From positions 45,362,717 to 45,426,716 of the forward strand of contig NC_057718.1 of NCBI RefSeq assembly GCF_004010195.1: a stretch of 64,000 bases of DNA, written 5' to 3'. A program made the translations under genes and the position numbers. The notes under the pieces were generated by a model that saw only the letters and a list, made by a program, of their open reading frames with translations, had not been told where the DNA came from and searched no databases. Numbering within the stretch: the first letter of the stretch is position 1; each line of letters opens with the position of its first letter. Shown here piece by piece: positions 1 to 12,429 of the stretch. Source of the stretch: Chiloscyllium plagiosum (taxonomy: Eukaryota).

Positions 1-740
1 CCTTGAATCCCAGATTCTACTCTGGGACTCCATTTATGGATCTGTGGAGTCTCACTAATTCTGCAAAAGTGTAGCCTGATATCTTTCATGGGAAACAAAG
101 TTTTAATTTTTTTTTAAAATGGGTATTAAAGGCATTGACAACTGTTTCAGCATTGTTTTAATTTCTCGTCTTTCCCTTTCACCTTTTTTCTTCTACCTTT
201 CAGTGAATTAATCCAGGTAACCTAAAAATGTGTGATTGCTGATCTACTTTTCAGCACCTAAATCAGGGAGCAGCTTTTTCCTTCAAATCTCACCTTCCTC
301 CAGAGGTTTACTTGAAGGGTTAATTTTAAACTCAGACCCATTAGGTTAAATGTCATTGAAGCAAATAGGGAGGAGCATTGGGTCATTAACACAACAAAGC
401 CAGTACCACAATGTCAATGGCACTGGATCAATCTTCATACATTTCCTCGGGGTCCTCCTTCCTTCCCCTGCCCTTCAAGCTATGTATAATCAATTGTGTA
501 TGTCCCTCTCTCTAATGGAGAGGAATGCCTATGGTTATTTGTGGACTGTGGCTAATAATTTACCTAATCCTGTGTTTCAAAATGTTTAAAATGTTTTTAT
601 TGTCCCATTGCACTCCACACAAGTCACACATGCAACTAACTCAGCTTCTCTTGAGATGTAAACAATTTGTCTGAAAAATTACTATTTGTTCATTATTTGG
701 AGGTGCCAGTGTTGGACTGGGGTTGGCAAAGTTAAAAATC

Positions 741-860
741 CAGGGCTTATGCCCGAAACGTCGATTCTCCTGTTCCCTGGATGCTGCCCGACCTGCTGCG
801 CTTTTCCCGCAACACATTTTCAGCTCTGATCTCCAGCATCTGCAGACCTCACTTTCTCCT
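741..860 (+). mobile_element. 5'-truncated PLE 3' end nested in another PLE
   Basis: Perfect 14 bp TSD caaagttaaaaatc at 727-740 and 861-874; near-identical to 10681-10765. Confidence 0.9.
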
Positions 861-913
861 CAAAGTTAAAAATCACACAACACCGGGTTATAGTCCAATA
901 GGTTTATTTGTGG

Positions 914-948
914 CACTAGCTTTCGAAGCATTGCTCCTTCCTCAGGTG
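914..948 (-). ncRNA. Minimal type I hammerhead ribozyme motif
   Basis: Minus strand reads CAC-CUGAGGA-A-GGAGCAAUGCUUC-GAAA-GCUA-GUG. Confidence 0.75.
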
Positions 949-2267
949 GTTGTGAAGCAGGACCATAAGACATAGAATTTATAGTAAAAGATTACAGTGT
1001 CATGCAACTGAAATGATATGTTGAGCAAAACTAAATTCAGTCTTTCATCTTTTAGAATGGATTTGTTAGTTTTGGTTTTTTAATATTTAAATCCCAGAAC
1101 TTCTTTTACGTCGCATTCTCAAGATAGCTTTAAGTTTTATTACAAAAGATGTCATATCTCAGCTCAGACAATGCATTAAATGTGTGAGGTTAAAGTCTGC
1201 CTGTCTCCCAATCTTGATTCAGACTGGTTCTAAAGTGGAATTTTCACAATATTACATGGATTGACTGCCTGTAGGTTATGTATTTTTTGAGCAAAATAGG
1301 ATGTATATGCAAATATAATTCTGCAAATATAAATTCACCCCATAAACGTGTGTGTGTGTGCACAGGAGAGAGAGAGAGACAGAGTGAATGTGTGTGTGTG
1401 AATGTGAGTACATGTGAGAGAGTGTGTACTTGCGAGTGTGCAAGCTTGGCAAAGTATATGTATGCATGTGTTGAGGTATAAGCTTGTGAGAGGGTACGTG
1501 CATGGGTGAATGTGTGGGGACAATGGGCATCAACACAAAGTGGCCGAGCAGAGACTGATAGCCAAGTTTGGTACCCATGAGGATGGCCTCAAGCGGGTTC
1601 ATGTCACACTACAGGTGACCCCACTGCACTATTTCCCCTCTCCCTCTCTTCTCACTCTCTCTCCTCACTCTCTCACTTTCTCTCACACACACACTTACTT
1701 TCTCACACACTTGTGCAGATCCTCTCTCATATGTACACATGTACACCCCCATACTCACATCCACACAGGCACCTCTCTCAGGCTTATACCCCATCACATC
1801 CACACACATCCTTTACCAAGCTTGTACACATGAAGCATACTCTCACATGCACTCATGCGCACGCACACGTTTATGGGGTGAATTTATATTTGCAGAATTA
1901 TATTTGCGTATACATCCTATTTTGCTCAAAAAAATACATAACCTACAGGCAGTGAATCCATGTAATATTGTGTAAATTCCATTTTAGAACCAGTCTGAGT
2001 CAAAATTGGGAGACAGGCAGACTTTAACCTCACCCCTTTAATGCATTGTTTGAGCTGAGATATGACATCTTATGTTATAAAACTTAAAGCTATCCTGAGA
2101 ATGTGACTTAAAGAAGTTCTGGGATTTATGTATTAATGAACCGAAACTAACAAACCTATTCTAAAAGATGAAAAACTTAATCTAGTTTTGCTCAATATAT
2201 CATTTCAGCTGCATGACACCATAATCTTTTGCTATAAGTTCTATGTTTTATGATCCTGTTTCAGAAT

Positions 2268-2302
2268 CACCTGATGAAGAAGCAGCGCTTCGAAAGCTAG
2301 TG
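2268..2302 (+). ncRNA. Minimal type I hammerhead ribozyme motif
   Basis: CAC-CUGAUGA-A-GAAGC-AGC-GCUUC-GAAA-GCUA-GUG: intact core, 5 bp stem II, stem I CAC/GUG, predicted CUA cleavage triplet. Confidence 0.8.
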
Positions 2303-3609
2303 CCACCAAATAAACCTGTTGGACTATAAACTGGTGTTGTGTGATTTTTAACTTTATTTAATCATTCACTCATTTTGCCGTGTGAGGGGCAGATATTACA
2401 CAGGTTCTTGCAGGGTAGACAACCTATATCCCCACGTTCCTGTCCACGTTAATGTATTAAATGTTGTTGTAATAACATGTTATTTCAATTACTCTTTGAA
2501 ATAATGCCAGAAACATCTCTCTTTATGATGTTGAAATAAGTGGGACGGTTTAAACACAATTTGTTCCATTTAAAACATGCATCCCTAAAGAACTTTGGGG
2601 AAGGTAGGATTGTTTGTGGGTGTTTACAGATGTGTAAGTCGTTACTATAGTGATTCTGTCTGTGTGACATCCTCTACAATGCTGACACAGTGTCTCAACA
2701 ATTTCAAAATATAATTGTTACACAATTGTTTTATATTAGATTGACGTCTTATGAATTACTAGCATTTTGTATTAAAATTTTGCTAGAAGCACCTTGTGAT
2801 TCACTTCTAAACTAATTTTTTCTTGGGTTTTTTCAATGCCAACTCATTCTGGAACCTCACCCAAATGATCATTAATTATGACCTTCAACAAGAAGTATCA
2901 AAATGGCAAGCTGGAGTTCAAGCTTCAAAGCCATTTTAACCAGTACACTATTGGGATGTACTGTGTGATGACAGCGATGCTTTAATCAGCAGAGACCAAG
3001 AAAGAATGGAAGTAACAGACAAGGGAAATGTTACAAATACACTGGTTGGAAGTAATGGAAGTAGAGAATGAGAAAGATGCAGAACATTGGACATGAGAGA
3101 AGAGCAAACATAGAGGTATACAGAGTAATTCAGAAAGGAGACAGCAATGGAGGAAACAGCCAGAATGGAAGAAAAGTGGGGATGGTTATAGGTTTGGAAT
3201 AGTAAAGTGCTATTTGTGTTGACTTTTTTTTTAAAAATAAACAGAATTAAAGTAACATCCTATCAGTCTTTCATTGGTTACCAAGCCAAATGGATCTTGT
3301 CTGTGAATATAGTTGAGAACTAATGTCCTTTACAGTGTATAATAAGAGGGTACAGAACTATCACAGAAAAACCTGATGTTGTTCTTTCCAATATTTCAAA
3401 CAAGCAGATTTTCTAGCACAAGATATTGGCAGTTACTGGACAGCACAGAAATATTACTTGTTTATTTGTTTCTCCTTTCCACGAGTCAGTAGCATTCTGA
3501 ACAAATGTAATTTCATAACTTATTTTTCCAATTAACTTTATGAACAATTGAACTTGAAGCCTTTCAGGTCTGTCTGTCACACCACATAGTCAAATTAGAC
3601 ATTTACTCT

Positions 3610-3740
3610 AAGTTATGAATGGGCAGGGAGCAGAGGGATACAGCCCCTTAGAAAATAGGCAGCAGTTTAGATGAAGGATCTGGATCGGCGCAGGGTTGGA
3701 GGGCCGAAGGGCCTGTTTCTCTGCTGTAATCTTCCATGTT
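3610..3740 (+). mobile_element. CR1-type LINE 3' UTR fragment
   Basis: gggttggagggccgaagggcctgtttctctgctgta resembles the other CR1 tails in the window. Confidence 0.6.
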
Positions 3741-3899
3741 CTTTTCTATTTTCTTTGTTATTCTTTAATTAATACCACAAAGTGAAACAACTGCTGATTC
3801 ACAAATAGCAAATTCTACCCCTTATATTGGAATATGCATTTGGCAAATTTAAGCTGGTTGGAGTGTACTTCAGTCAAAGTATAGGCTCGGTGAGACTGT

Positions 3900-4472
3900 A
3901 AGAAGTGTGAATAGGAGTGGAACTTGCTGGACTTGTGTAAGATAGTAGTTCAGCCTTAGCTGGAATATTATACACTGTTCTGAGCACAGGAAGATTGTGA
4001 ACACGTTAGAGAAGATGCAGGAAAACTTCACAAGAATGTTTCTCGAGACGAGAAACTACAGTTGGGAAGATGAATTGGAAAGGTTAGGACTGTTTTCCTT
4101 GGAGAGGGGAGGGCTAAGAGAAAATTTTATAGAAGCTATCAAAACCATGAGGAAAGTAGATGAAGGAAAATGTTCTCACTCATTAAAGGATTGAGTGGGA
4201 AGGGGCGCAGATTTCGAGTAATTTGCAAATGAAGCAAATGTGATGTGAGAACACTTTTTCGTACAAGTGGTTTGGATCTGCTTTGCATTCCTGTAACTGT
4301 AATGTAAGTAACTCAGTGAGATGTTCAGGCATTATTGATTATTTGAATTAATGGAATGTGCAGGTTACAGGGGAAAGGTAGGAGAATAGCATTAAGCCAT
4401 AACGCCCATTTGGAGAGCCAGTGCAGACACGCTGGGAAAATGGCCTCCTTCTACATCATAATGTTGTGATTG
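3900..4472 (+). mobile_element. CR1 LINE 3' fragment
   Basis: LEKMQENFTRM...LERLGLFSLERGGLRENFIEAIK is a degraded CR1 ORF2 C-terminus, followed by a 3' UTR. Confidence 0.85.
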
Positions 4473-4948
4473 AGTTTGCTAACACAAACTGGCCATCATG
4501 CCTCCAGCATCTAAAGTTTTTTTGGGTTTTTTAAAAATTAAGCATTACCTTTTGAGAGTGCTTATTTGTTTTGACTGTGTGAGAAATTGGACGTTTGCAG
4601 GGGTAGATTGAATAAAATTTGCGTAATGTGGAGATAGGCAACATTGCCAGAAGCAGTTGAACTGTGGAGAAGTTAATGGTAATGAGTGGGGCAAGTACTT
4701 ACCTTGATTGAAGATACAAGGTAAGTGATGAAGGATTGGAATATCAGCAGGAAATGATAGGCTCTAGAGAATTTTGCGTTAGCGACTTTCGTGCAAGAAA
4801 ATATTAGGATGGGGTGCAAGTGTGAAAGATGGAGCTTCAGCCATTAAGGTGAAGAGAATGATGAACAAATAAGTCACGAGAAAAGTTGAAAGTCGTGTAC
4901 AGTTCAAATAGCTGGATTGGAATTTGTGCAAGTTTGAGAACTTCACAT

Positions 4949-5975
4949 GTCATCTGTAGCTCAATTGGCAGCAATCTTGTGGATGAGTCAGAAGGTTATA
5001 GATTCAAGTCCACTCTCAGGGGCAGAATTTGATGCCCTCCGCTTGGGTGATTTTAGTGATGGGTGGGTTAGATCCTGCGACTGTCCCACATTTACCCCAT
5101 ATCAGTCTGTGATGGAGAGATTTGTGGGTGGTGTTCCACCCTGCTTCCAATTGAGGCCGTAAAGTGGGTATTAATTGCTGAATTAAGCCCCAGACTCTAT
5201 GGCTGCTGGTACTAATCTAGCAGTGGGTTAGTGAATCTCTCTGAGGGACGCCTAAGCAGCAAACCCTAGCACTTAATACCACCTGGCGTTGGATCCTGAG
5301 CCATCCTCTCTCTTGTAAACCCCTGCCTTTTGGTTTCCCTCTCCTGCAATTACTAACCTGTGAACCTCTGCAGTTATAATTTTGAAAGAGCAGAAATCAC
5401 CACTTTCTGGGAGCTGTTGTATTGCAACAAAGAATTAGCAGCTGCCAATGGATGGATCATCTGCCTTGATTCCAGAGAAGGCCCTCTGTTGCCCAGTGAA
5501 GTGTCGGATTGCCTCATTCTGTGAAGTCATTAAGTGCAACATGGGACTCTAGCCAACACTCCAGCTGGCTGGCAAGATTTGCTTACGTGAAATGCCACCT
5601 TAAGAATTAAATATAAAAATCAAGTCAACACCCCAGTGATGTACTGAGAGAGTGCTGCACTGTTTGAGGTCTTGTCCTTCAAGTGTTACCTTAACCTGGG
5701 TCCCACTGCTCTCTCAAGTACATGTAACAGATCCAAAGACACCATTTTTAACAAGTGTAAGGTTGTTGGCCAATATTTATCCTTGAGTCAGCCTTCTCAA
5801 AAAACACACAAGCTGATAATTATACCATTTCTGTACATAGGCGTACGCAGTGCCCATATTGGCTACTGTGTCTCCTACATTACAAATGGTGACAATGCTT
5901 CAAAAGTACTGAATTGACTGTAAAGCATTTTGGAACATCCTTAGGTTGTAACAAGTGCTACCCAAATGCAAGTCT
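4949..5975 (+). mobile_element. Deu-domain-like tRNA SINE split by a ~570 bp insertion (about 5019-5585)
   Basis: tRNA-like head (tagctcaattgg...gattcaagtcc) at 4949-5018; body gtactgagagagtgctgcactgt...ggccaatatttatcc and L2-like tail at about 5600-5975. Confidence 0.65.
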
Positions 5976-6204
5976 CACTTTTTAATTCCCCCCCCACCAT
6001 GTGAAAGTTTCTTTCCAAAAGAAGTGGGATGAAACCAAGCAGCAGGTAGTGCTCTAAAATAAGGGGGAGCAACAAAATACAAAGAATTGGATTAGTGTTC
6101 TCCACTATAGGCAGAGCTGAACTTGTGCCAGTTGTCTAACTCTGGGCCAGTTGTCTAACTCCATTTTCTTGTAGAGAAGTGATTGGGGCCAGCAGAATGA
6201 CATG

Positions 6205-6372
6205 CAGTGCTCAAAGTTTGGGAGAAGATTTGTAGCTCGGGTGCTCATTGTTGTGGTTCTGTTTGCCGAGCTGGGAATTTGTGTTGCAGACGTTTCATCC
6301 CCTGTCTAGGTGACATCCTCAGTGCTTGGGAGCCTCCTGTGAAGCGCTTCTGTGATAATTCCTCCAGCATTT
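6205..6372 (-). mobile_element. PLE pLTR fragment (separate family)
   Basis: CpG-retaining segment that carries a hammerhead motif; boundaries approximate. Confidence 0.65.
6285..6325 (-). ncRNA. Minimal type I hammerhead ribozyme motif
   Basis: Minus strand reads GCA-CUGAGGA-U-GUCACC-UAGACA-GGGGAU-GAAA-CGUC-UGC; stem I GCA/UGC, stem II with one mismatch. Confidence 0.75.
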
Positions 6373-6994
6373 AATGCTAGCTGACAGTTACCCTTATTAA
6401 GAGCTCAGTTGTGGCGAACTAGAATTTTCCAGTCTGCTTCCAAGTTCCATATTTGCAGAGACCAGATGAGGTATCTAAACACCAGTAGGCCAGGCTTAAA
6501 GATAAAGGCAATGAGGAGCAGCTCATTCTTAACTTCTGTGCCTGGCTGCTGAAATTGTTCTTTGGTTAAAAGTTTAAGCAAATTTAAGAGAGGTGCTGTT
6601 CTTTTTGAGAACCCTGTGCCCTCCTTACCTTCCATTACAGCCTGACATTCCTCTCAAGTTAGAAGACCTCTCTTGGCCATCCAACTCTGAGACCCCAACT
6701 GCCTTCCTTAATTGGATGTAGAATCTGTCTTCTTACCAGTTAAAAGCATAGCCTTGTTAAAATCCCAATGAATGACTTTTCTCCCATAATGGGAAGTTGG
6801 GCAAGCCCTGGAAAATTTCCCCATCTCTCTCTCCTATTGCCAAAGAGAAATCTAACCCTGAAAGTGGAAATAAAAATACTTAAGTGTAGAAAGTGAAACA
6901 TTGAAACAGGACTAAAATGGAAATGACATTGCAGTTCATACCGCCTCTTTAGTGTTGATAAAAATCTCCCTGCCTTGTGGGTGCCTTTGTATAT

Positions 6995-7690
6995 ATTCAG
7001 ACAGGTGATAGAAAGCTTCTTCAAAGAGATAGGTTTTAAGGAGCAATCCAAGGATGATAAGTTTTAGCGAGAGAATGCCAAGTTTAGTGTCCAGAAAGCT
7101 AATAGCACAACTATTGATAGAGCAGTGTCATAGAGAATACACTGAAGTCCTAACTGAGGAATGCAGAGAACTCAGAGGTGGTCAGATGGAAGAGGTTATG
7201 GAGATGAGGTTATTGAGGAAGTTTGAATGCAAGAAGGAGAACTGTAACATGTGTTGCATTGCTGGAGTACAGCAGTGATTGGCGAGTGGGACTTGAAACA
7301 AGTTTCAATGTAAGGAACAGAGTTTTAGATAAGCTCACCATGCTATGGTCAATGAAAAGCCCAATCACGAGGGTGTTGGAAAAGGTCTGGCTGTAGGTGA
7401 AAGAGCAGAGATGGAGATGGAAGTAGGCAGTTATAGTGTTTGAGAGCATTTGTCATCAGAAACTCAGCTCAATGTCATGTCGGGTGCCAAGGCTACAAAC
7501 CATTTGATTCAGCCTCTCGTCAGTGACCAGAATGAGGGATGAAGTCAGAGGTGAAGGGTTTAAAATACTGATCTTCACCATACTGAATGAGAGGAAATGT
7601 CTACTCTGCTGAGACTAAATGTGAGCTAAACGATCACGATCTGTTTGAGCACAATGGGGGTGAAAGAGGTAATGGTTGAAAACAATACAT
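6995..7690 (-). mobile_element. Old L2-type LINE fragment
   Basis: Purine-rich decayed sequence resembling 58130-59040. Confidence 0.45.
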
Positions 7691-9411
7691 TGTGCCATTA
7701 AGAAAGTCCATATAATGGAAGCAAGAAGTTTAGAGAGAAAAATGTAACTGGATTGACTTGAAAACAAATGCTAGAGAAACGCATAGCAGCTGTGATTTAG
7801 AAGTGGAAACACTGAACCCAGGAATTAAAAGAAAACCGACGTTTGCTTGCAAGCTTGAAACACTAGTAGCCAGTTTTGAGAAAGGAGAAAATAAAAATCA
7901 AGAATAGTAAGAAAGTATAGAATGAGGGAAAGACAAGCACAAAGAAATAAGAAAAAACAAATGTCAGGAATAAGAATAATAGAAGCTACTGTGATAGATG
8001 CAGACTTCGATAACTGCAACAGATTGGAGGTCACAGCTGAAATACCCAACTTACATATGAAGGTGAAACCCAAGTCCAAGTCCTTGCAAACAAAGAATGC
8101 ATTTAACCTTGCACAGGTAGATTTTAGCGTCTGTTTGCACCCAGCATTACATAAAAAGCTTTACCTTTTTAAAATCTGATATTAACTGCTTCCAACAGTT
8201 CTTGCATCAATTAAAAACAATCTCAGGCTGATAATGTGATCCTATAAAAATAAATTAGAAGCGCATGACTGTGCTACCTGTTAATGTGTTTAGATAATGG
8301 AGTAAGATTACATAAAGAATTCACAGGGAATGAGTTGGAAATACTTTAATGGATTGCATAATAAAACACCAGAAAGGAACCTTTCAAATGGAACTATATT
8401 TATTTACAATTAAGGTCCCAGAGTAGTCAGAGTAGTCTAACTTTATGTAGAATCACAAAAGTGTAGCCAACGTAATCCTATCTGTATCTTAACGTAAGTA
8501 TGTTCTACCAACTGTCTGCCAAAATCAGCAGCAACAATATTTTTAGGTCACCAATATCTTCCTACACTTACCTAATGAAATGTTACCATTACCCTACATC
8601 AAAGCTTCAGTCAATCAGCCCAGCACTGGCTCAGGATTTTGTTTTCTAGTACAGTATTTGAGGTGGGGGAGGGGGGAAGGAAAATCAGCATTTAGGAGCT
8701 GACTATGATATGTCCCATTAAACTTTTGCCTTTAACCATTTTTCCATGAGTGCTGGTAAAATGTTGGCTGTGGGGTAAAAGTCAAATGCTGTGGCTGACT
8801 TAGCCAGAGTGCTGATGGGACATACTGTAAGATATAATTGACATCAATAAGCCTTGTAGTAGATATCGTCAAAAGGAATTTCCAATGCCTTAAAGTTTGG
8901 CTGACTTGTAATACGAAAAATGAACTATTGCCAGATTTCTAATAGTTTCAGCTAATTGTATTTTGGTTATTAGTTTCTGGGAGACAACTGGCTATGAAGC
9001 TGACTTTTTACCATTATTATCCACTGAGGCAAGAAGTCTCAAATATATAGGGTGAATAGTTTTTGGGGCAGCATTTCCATTCTCCTTAAACAGCAGAAAA
9101 GCGTGTTAAAGAGCAATGAGGCTCCCTTGTTCTTAAAGAGGCCTGAGGAGGTGGCAACAGGAAATGAGTGGGAAGACCTTGCAGTTGAGAAAGGAATGCA
9201 GTCAGTACAGAAGTAAGTCTCGTTTGGACAAGTGAGGGAGAGCATGTTAGGTCAGAGGGGAGTTGATGTAGCACAGAAAGTTACAACATCATCCTATTTC
9301 TATCTCTGACTTAGATATATCTTAAAAGGTAGAACAAGGTCTCGAATAAAAAGAAGGCTCAAAAGACCCAATTTAGTTATTCTTTAAATTTCCAAAGAGC
9401 ATCACCGTCAA

Positions 9412-9752
9412 GGGGAGGTGGCAGCCTTGTCATATTATTGCTGGACTGTTAATCCTGGTATCCAAGTATTGTTCTGGGGGCCCAGGTTTGAATCCTGCGT
9501 GGGCAGGTGATGGAATATAATTTCAATTTAAAAATGATCTGGAATTTACAGTCTAGTGATCACCATGAGTCCATTGCCATTGTTGAACCCATCTGGTTCA
9601 CTAATGTCTTTTTAGGGAAGGGAACTGCCATCCTTATCTGATCTGGCCTACATGTGAGTCCAGACTCACAGCAATGTGGTTGACTCTTAACTGCCCTCTG
9701 GACAATTAGGATGAGCAATAAATGCTGGCCCAGCCAGCAATACACTCATCCT
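9412..9752 (+). mobile_element. tRNA-derived SINE with LINE-like tail
   Basis: B-box-like ggtttgaatcc, body catctggttcactaatgtc...ggcctacatgtga, tail gcaataaatgctggcccagccagc; related copies near 41845, 48855 and 35340. Confidence 0.75.
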
Positions 9753-10120
9753 TCCATAATGTTGCTGATGATTGAGAATAGACTGATGGACTGGCAATTG
9801 ATCGGGTTAAATTTGCTTCAGTTTTTGTGGACAGAACATATCTGAGCAGTTTTCCATATTATCTAGTAGCTGCCCTGGAACAGTTTGGCTTGGGATACAG
9901 TTAGTTCTGGAGCACAATTCATTGGTACTACTGCTGAGTCCAAAGCCTTTGGAGTATTCAGTGCCTTCGGCCATTTTGTAATATCATGTGGAATGAATTG
10001 AATGGGCTGAAGGCTGGCATCTGTGATACTAGCAACCTGAGGAGGAGGCCAAGATGGGATCATTTCCTTAGAACAGCTGACTGAACATGATTGTAAATGT
10101 TCAGCCTGTCTTTGTCTTGA
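9753..10120 (-). mobile_element. CR1/L2-clade LINE fragment
   Basis: Reverse complement resembles 39620-40230 (e.g. KALDS...CAPEL...LFQGSY). Confidence 0.65.
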
Positions 10121-10148
10121 AATTGCAAACTGGGGCTGTGTATAAATT

Positions 10149-10761
10149 CACCTGCACCTCCACAGATATCATCTATTGCATCCGCTGCACCCGATGTGGC
10201 CCTCTCTATATTGGGGAGACAGGCCGCCTACTTTCGGAACATTTCAGAGAACACCTCTGGGACACCCGGACCAACCAACCCAACCACCCCGTAGCCCAAC
10301 ACTTTAACTCCCCCTCCCACTCCACCAAGGACATGCAGGTCCTTGGACTCCTCCACCGCCAGACCATGGCAACACGACGGTTGGAGGAAGAGCGCCTCAT
10401 CTTCTGCCTGGGAACCCTCCAACCACGAGGGATGAACTCAGATTTCTCCAGTTTCCTCATTTCCCCTCCCCCCACCTTGTCTCAGTCAAATCCCTCGAAC
10501 TCAGCACCGCCTTCCTAACCTGTAATCCTCTTCCTGACCTCTCCGCCCCCACCTCACTCCGGCCTATCACCCTCACCTTGACCTCCCTCCACCTATCGCA
10601 TTTCCAACGCCCCTCCCCCAAGTCCCTCCTCCCTACCTTTTATTTTAGCCTGCTGGACAAACTTTCCTCATTCCTGAAGAAGGGCTTATGCCCGAAACGT
10701 CGATTCTCCTGTTCCTTGGATGCTGCCTGACCTGCTGCGCTTTTCCAGCAACACATTTTCA
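10149..10761 (+). mobile_element. Young 5'-truncated Penelope-like element (GIY-YIG end plus pLTR)
   Basis: Open frame FTCTSTDIIYCIRCTRCGPLYIGETGRLLSEHFREH...RRLEEERLIFCLGTLQPRGMN; perfect 14 bp TSD gctgtgtataaatt at 10135-10148 and 10762-10775. Confidence 0.93.
10671..10704 (+). ncRNA. Minimal type I hammerhead ribozyme motif
   Basis: UUC-CUGAAGA-A-GGGC-UUAU-GCCC-GAAA-CGUC-GAU; intact core, GUC triplet, weak stem I. Confidence 0.8.
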
Positions 10762-11407
10762 GCTGTGTATAAATTAGGCCATACAAAGAGAACAAAAAAT
10801 ATGTAATAAACAGGTTATTCTGCACTCAGTTTTCCTTGTAGTGTACAATTTAAAGACACTTTAAAAAAAAATTGTTGAACTTGACTTTTGCCCATTGGAC
10901 AGTTCGCGGGGTAAACCTGTAGAAAGAGAGTACATGAAAATACTAAAAATTGTAATCACAGTTCATTTGAAATCCTGCTCACCAGTTCATTAGTTGAAAT
11001 AACTGAGATTGTTTTGAGAAATATGCAAGATTTTGGCTTCTACTTTGAAGGAAGTCAGTTTCTGCCTGGTATTGTCACTGTTTTCATGTCTTTATCACAT
11101 GAAGAACCAATCTGCTCAGTGATGCATCAGAAATTACTCTATTTCTGGAAAGTAAAGAGAATCTTGTATATAATCTGCTCTTGATTTAAAACCCTTTAAA
11201 TTATCCAGAGATTATTTTTTCAGCAGTAGATTATTTCTTTGTTGTGTCATTGCATATTTACTTCAAATTATTTAATTTCATGAGGAAATGACTTCAAATT
11301 AATACAAATAAACTATATGTTGTGAATCTTTTTGTTTTCCTGTTTAGTGATTCTTAGGGTTGTGGAAATACTTGGTTGACATATAACTCTCTTGTTTCTT
11401 CCACCAG

Positions 11408-11577
11408 ACTCATTATTTTGGACTGTGGTTCCTCAGTAAGACTCAACAGGGTCGATGGGTGGAGCTAGAAAAAGCCCTGAAAAAACAACTAGACAAATTT
11501 GCCAATGAGCCTCTCCTCTTCTTTGGAGTGATGTTCTACGTGCCCAGTGTCTCGAGACTTCAGCAAGAAGTCACAAG
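11408..11577 (+). CDS. PTPN14: PTPN14 internal coding exon, FERM domain (170 bp)
   Basis: Acceptor tttcttccaccag, donor ag|gtacag. Translates [56 protein letters not shown](R), matching the PTPN14 FERM N-lobe as recalled. Ends in phase 2. Confidence 0.95.
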
Positions 11578-12429
11578 GTACAGAAAACTAACAAGCATTT
11601 TTCTCCTAGTATCCCATAAATTGAGACAGAAATGATCTTAAGGAAGAATTCCGAGGTTTCAGAATTTTTCATCCCTCAAAAGTATACAATTTGTGAGATA
11701 AAAAGATAACTGTGAATACTAAAGTAAAAGTTTTAAAATGCTTGAAATTACAAACATTTCTTCATTTTACTGACATTTTAGTGCAAGATCTTTTATCAAT
11801 CTGTTTCAGGGTCAAATTTAAAACGCAATGTTTTTTTCTCTTCTGAATATTGAATGATTTGCTGTACATTTCAAAAACATCAATGGAACATCTATTTTAG
11901 TAGTGCTGTTGCATACATGCTGTTGAACAAGTATTAATGCAGCAAGCAAATCGGACAAGAGAGGAATATGTGTGACATGGAGGAAATTACGTGGGCTGTG
12001 TTTGAATGTGAGGAGTTAGGTAATAAGGTGAAGTGTTGAGGATAGGAGTTAGTTTCCAATGTGTGCATTTACGATGATGTAAACTAAAACACTTGGATGC
12101 GTAGTTCTTTTGCATCTTTGGTATATTTACTTTTCAAATATATTTACTTTCCTGTCTCTTTTCAAATTAAATCATACTTTAAAAGCATCTGATGAAGGGA
12201 AATTTCAGATAGTATTTCATGTTGGATGCACTTTTGGATTTTTGAACATTTCAAGTGTTTGTGTATAAAATGCAACATTTTGAAACATTCACAGTAAATT
12301 CAAGTGGTCATGCATGATTTCAATAACTCTTAAAATTCTGTTACACTACTGAGATTTACAAAGTATTTGTGTTTAGGCCTAGCTGCTCTTTCTCAATATT
12401 TATGGTTCACATAATCCTCTTCGTACATT

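Larger units (their letters stand above)
695..2355. mobile_element. Penelope-like element with long inverted pLTR arms
   Basis: About 862-1518 is the reverse complement of about 1748-2355, with scattered substitutions. The spacer encodes QHKVAEQRLIAKFGTHEDGLKR, resembling a PLE GIY-YIG C-terminus. Each arm carries a hammerhead motif. Confidence 0.85.

Noticed and set aside
1276..1975. Cluster of overlapping His/Thr/Cys/Val-rich ORFs
   Set aside because: Artefact of CA/TG and CT microsatellite-like sequence in the PLE arms.
4949..5018. tRNA-like A/B boxes (also near 24180-24229 and 27767)
   Set aside because: These are SINE heads; no complete cloverleaf.
6127..6161. Direct repeat gccagttgtctaactc x2
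   Set aside because: Simple local tandem duplication with no further structure.
12189..12215. CUGAUGA followed by GAAA
   Set aside because: No stem II can form and there is no PLE context.
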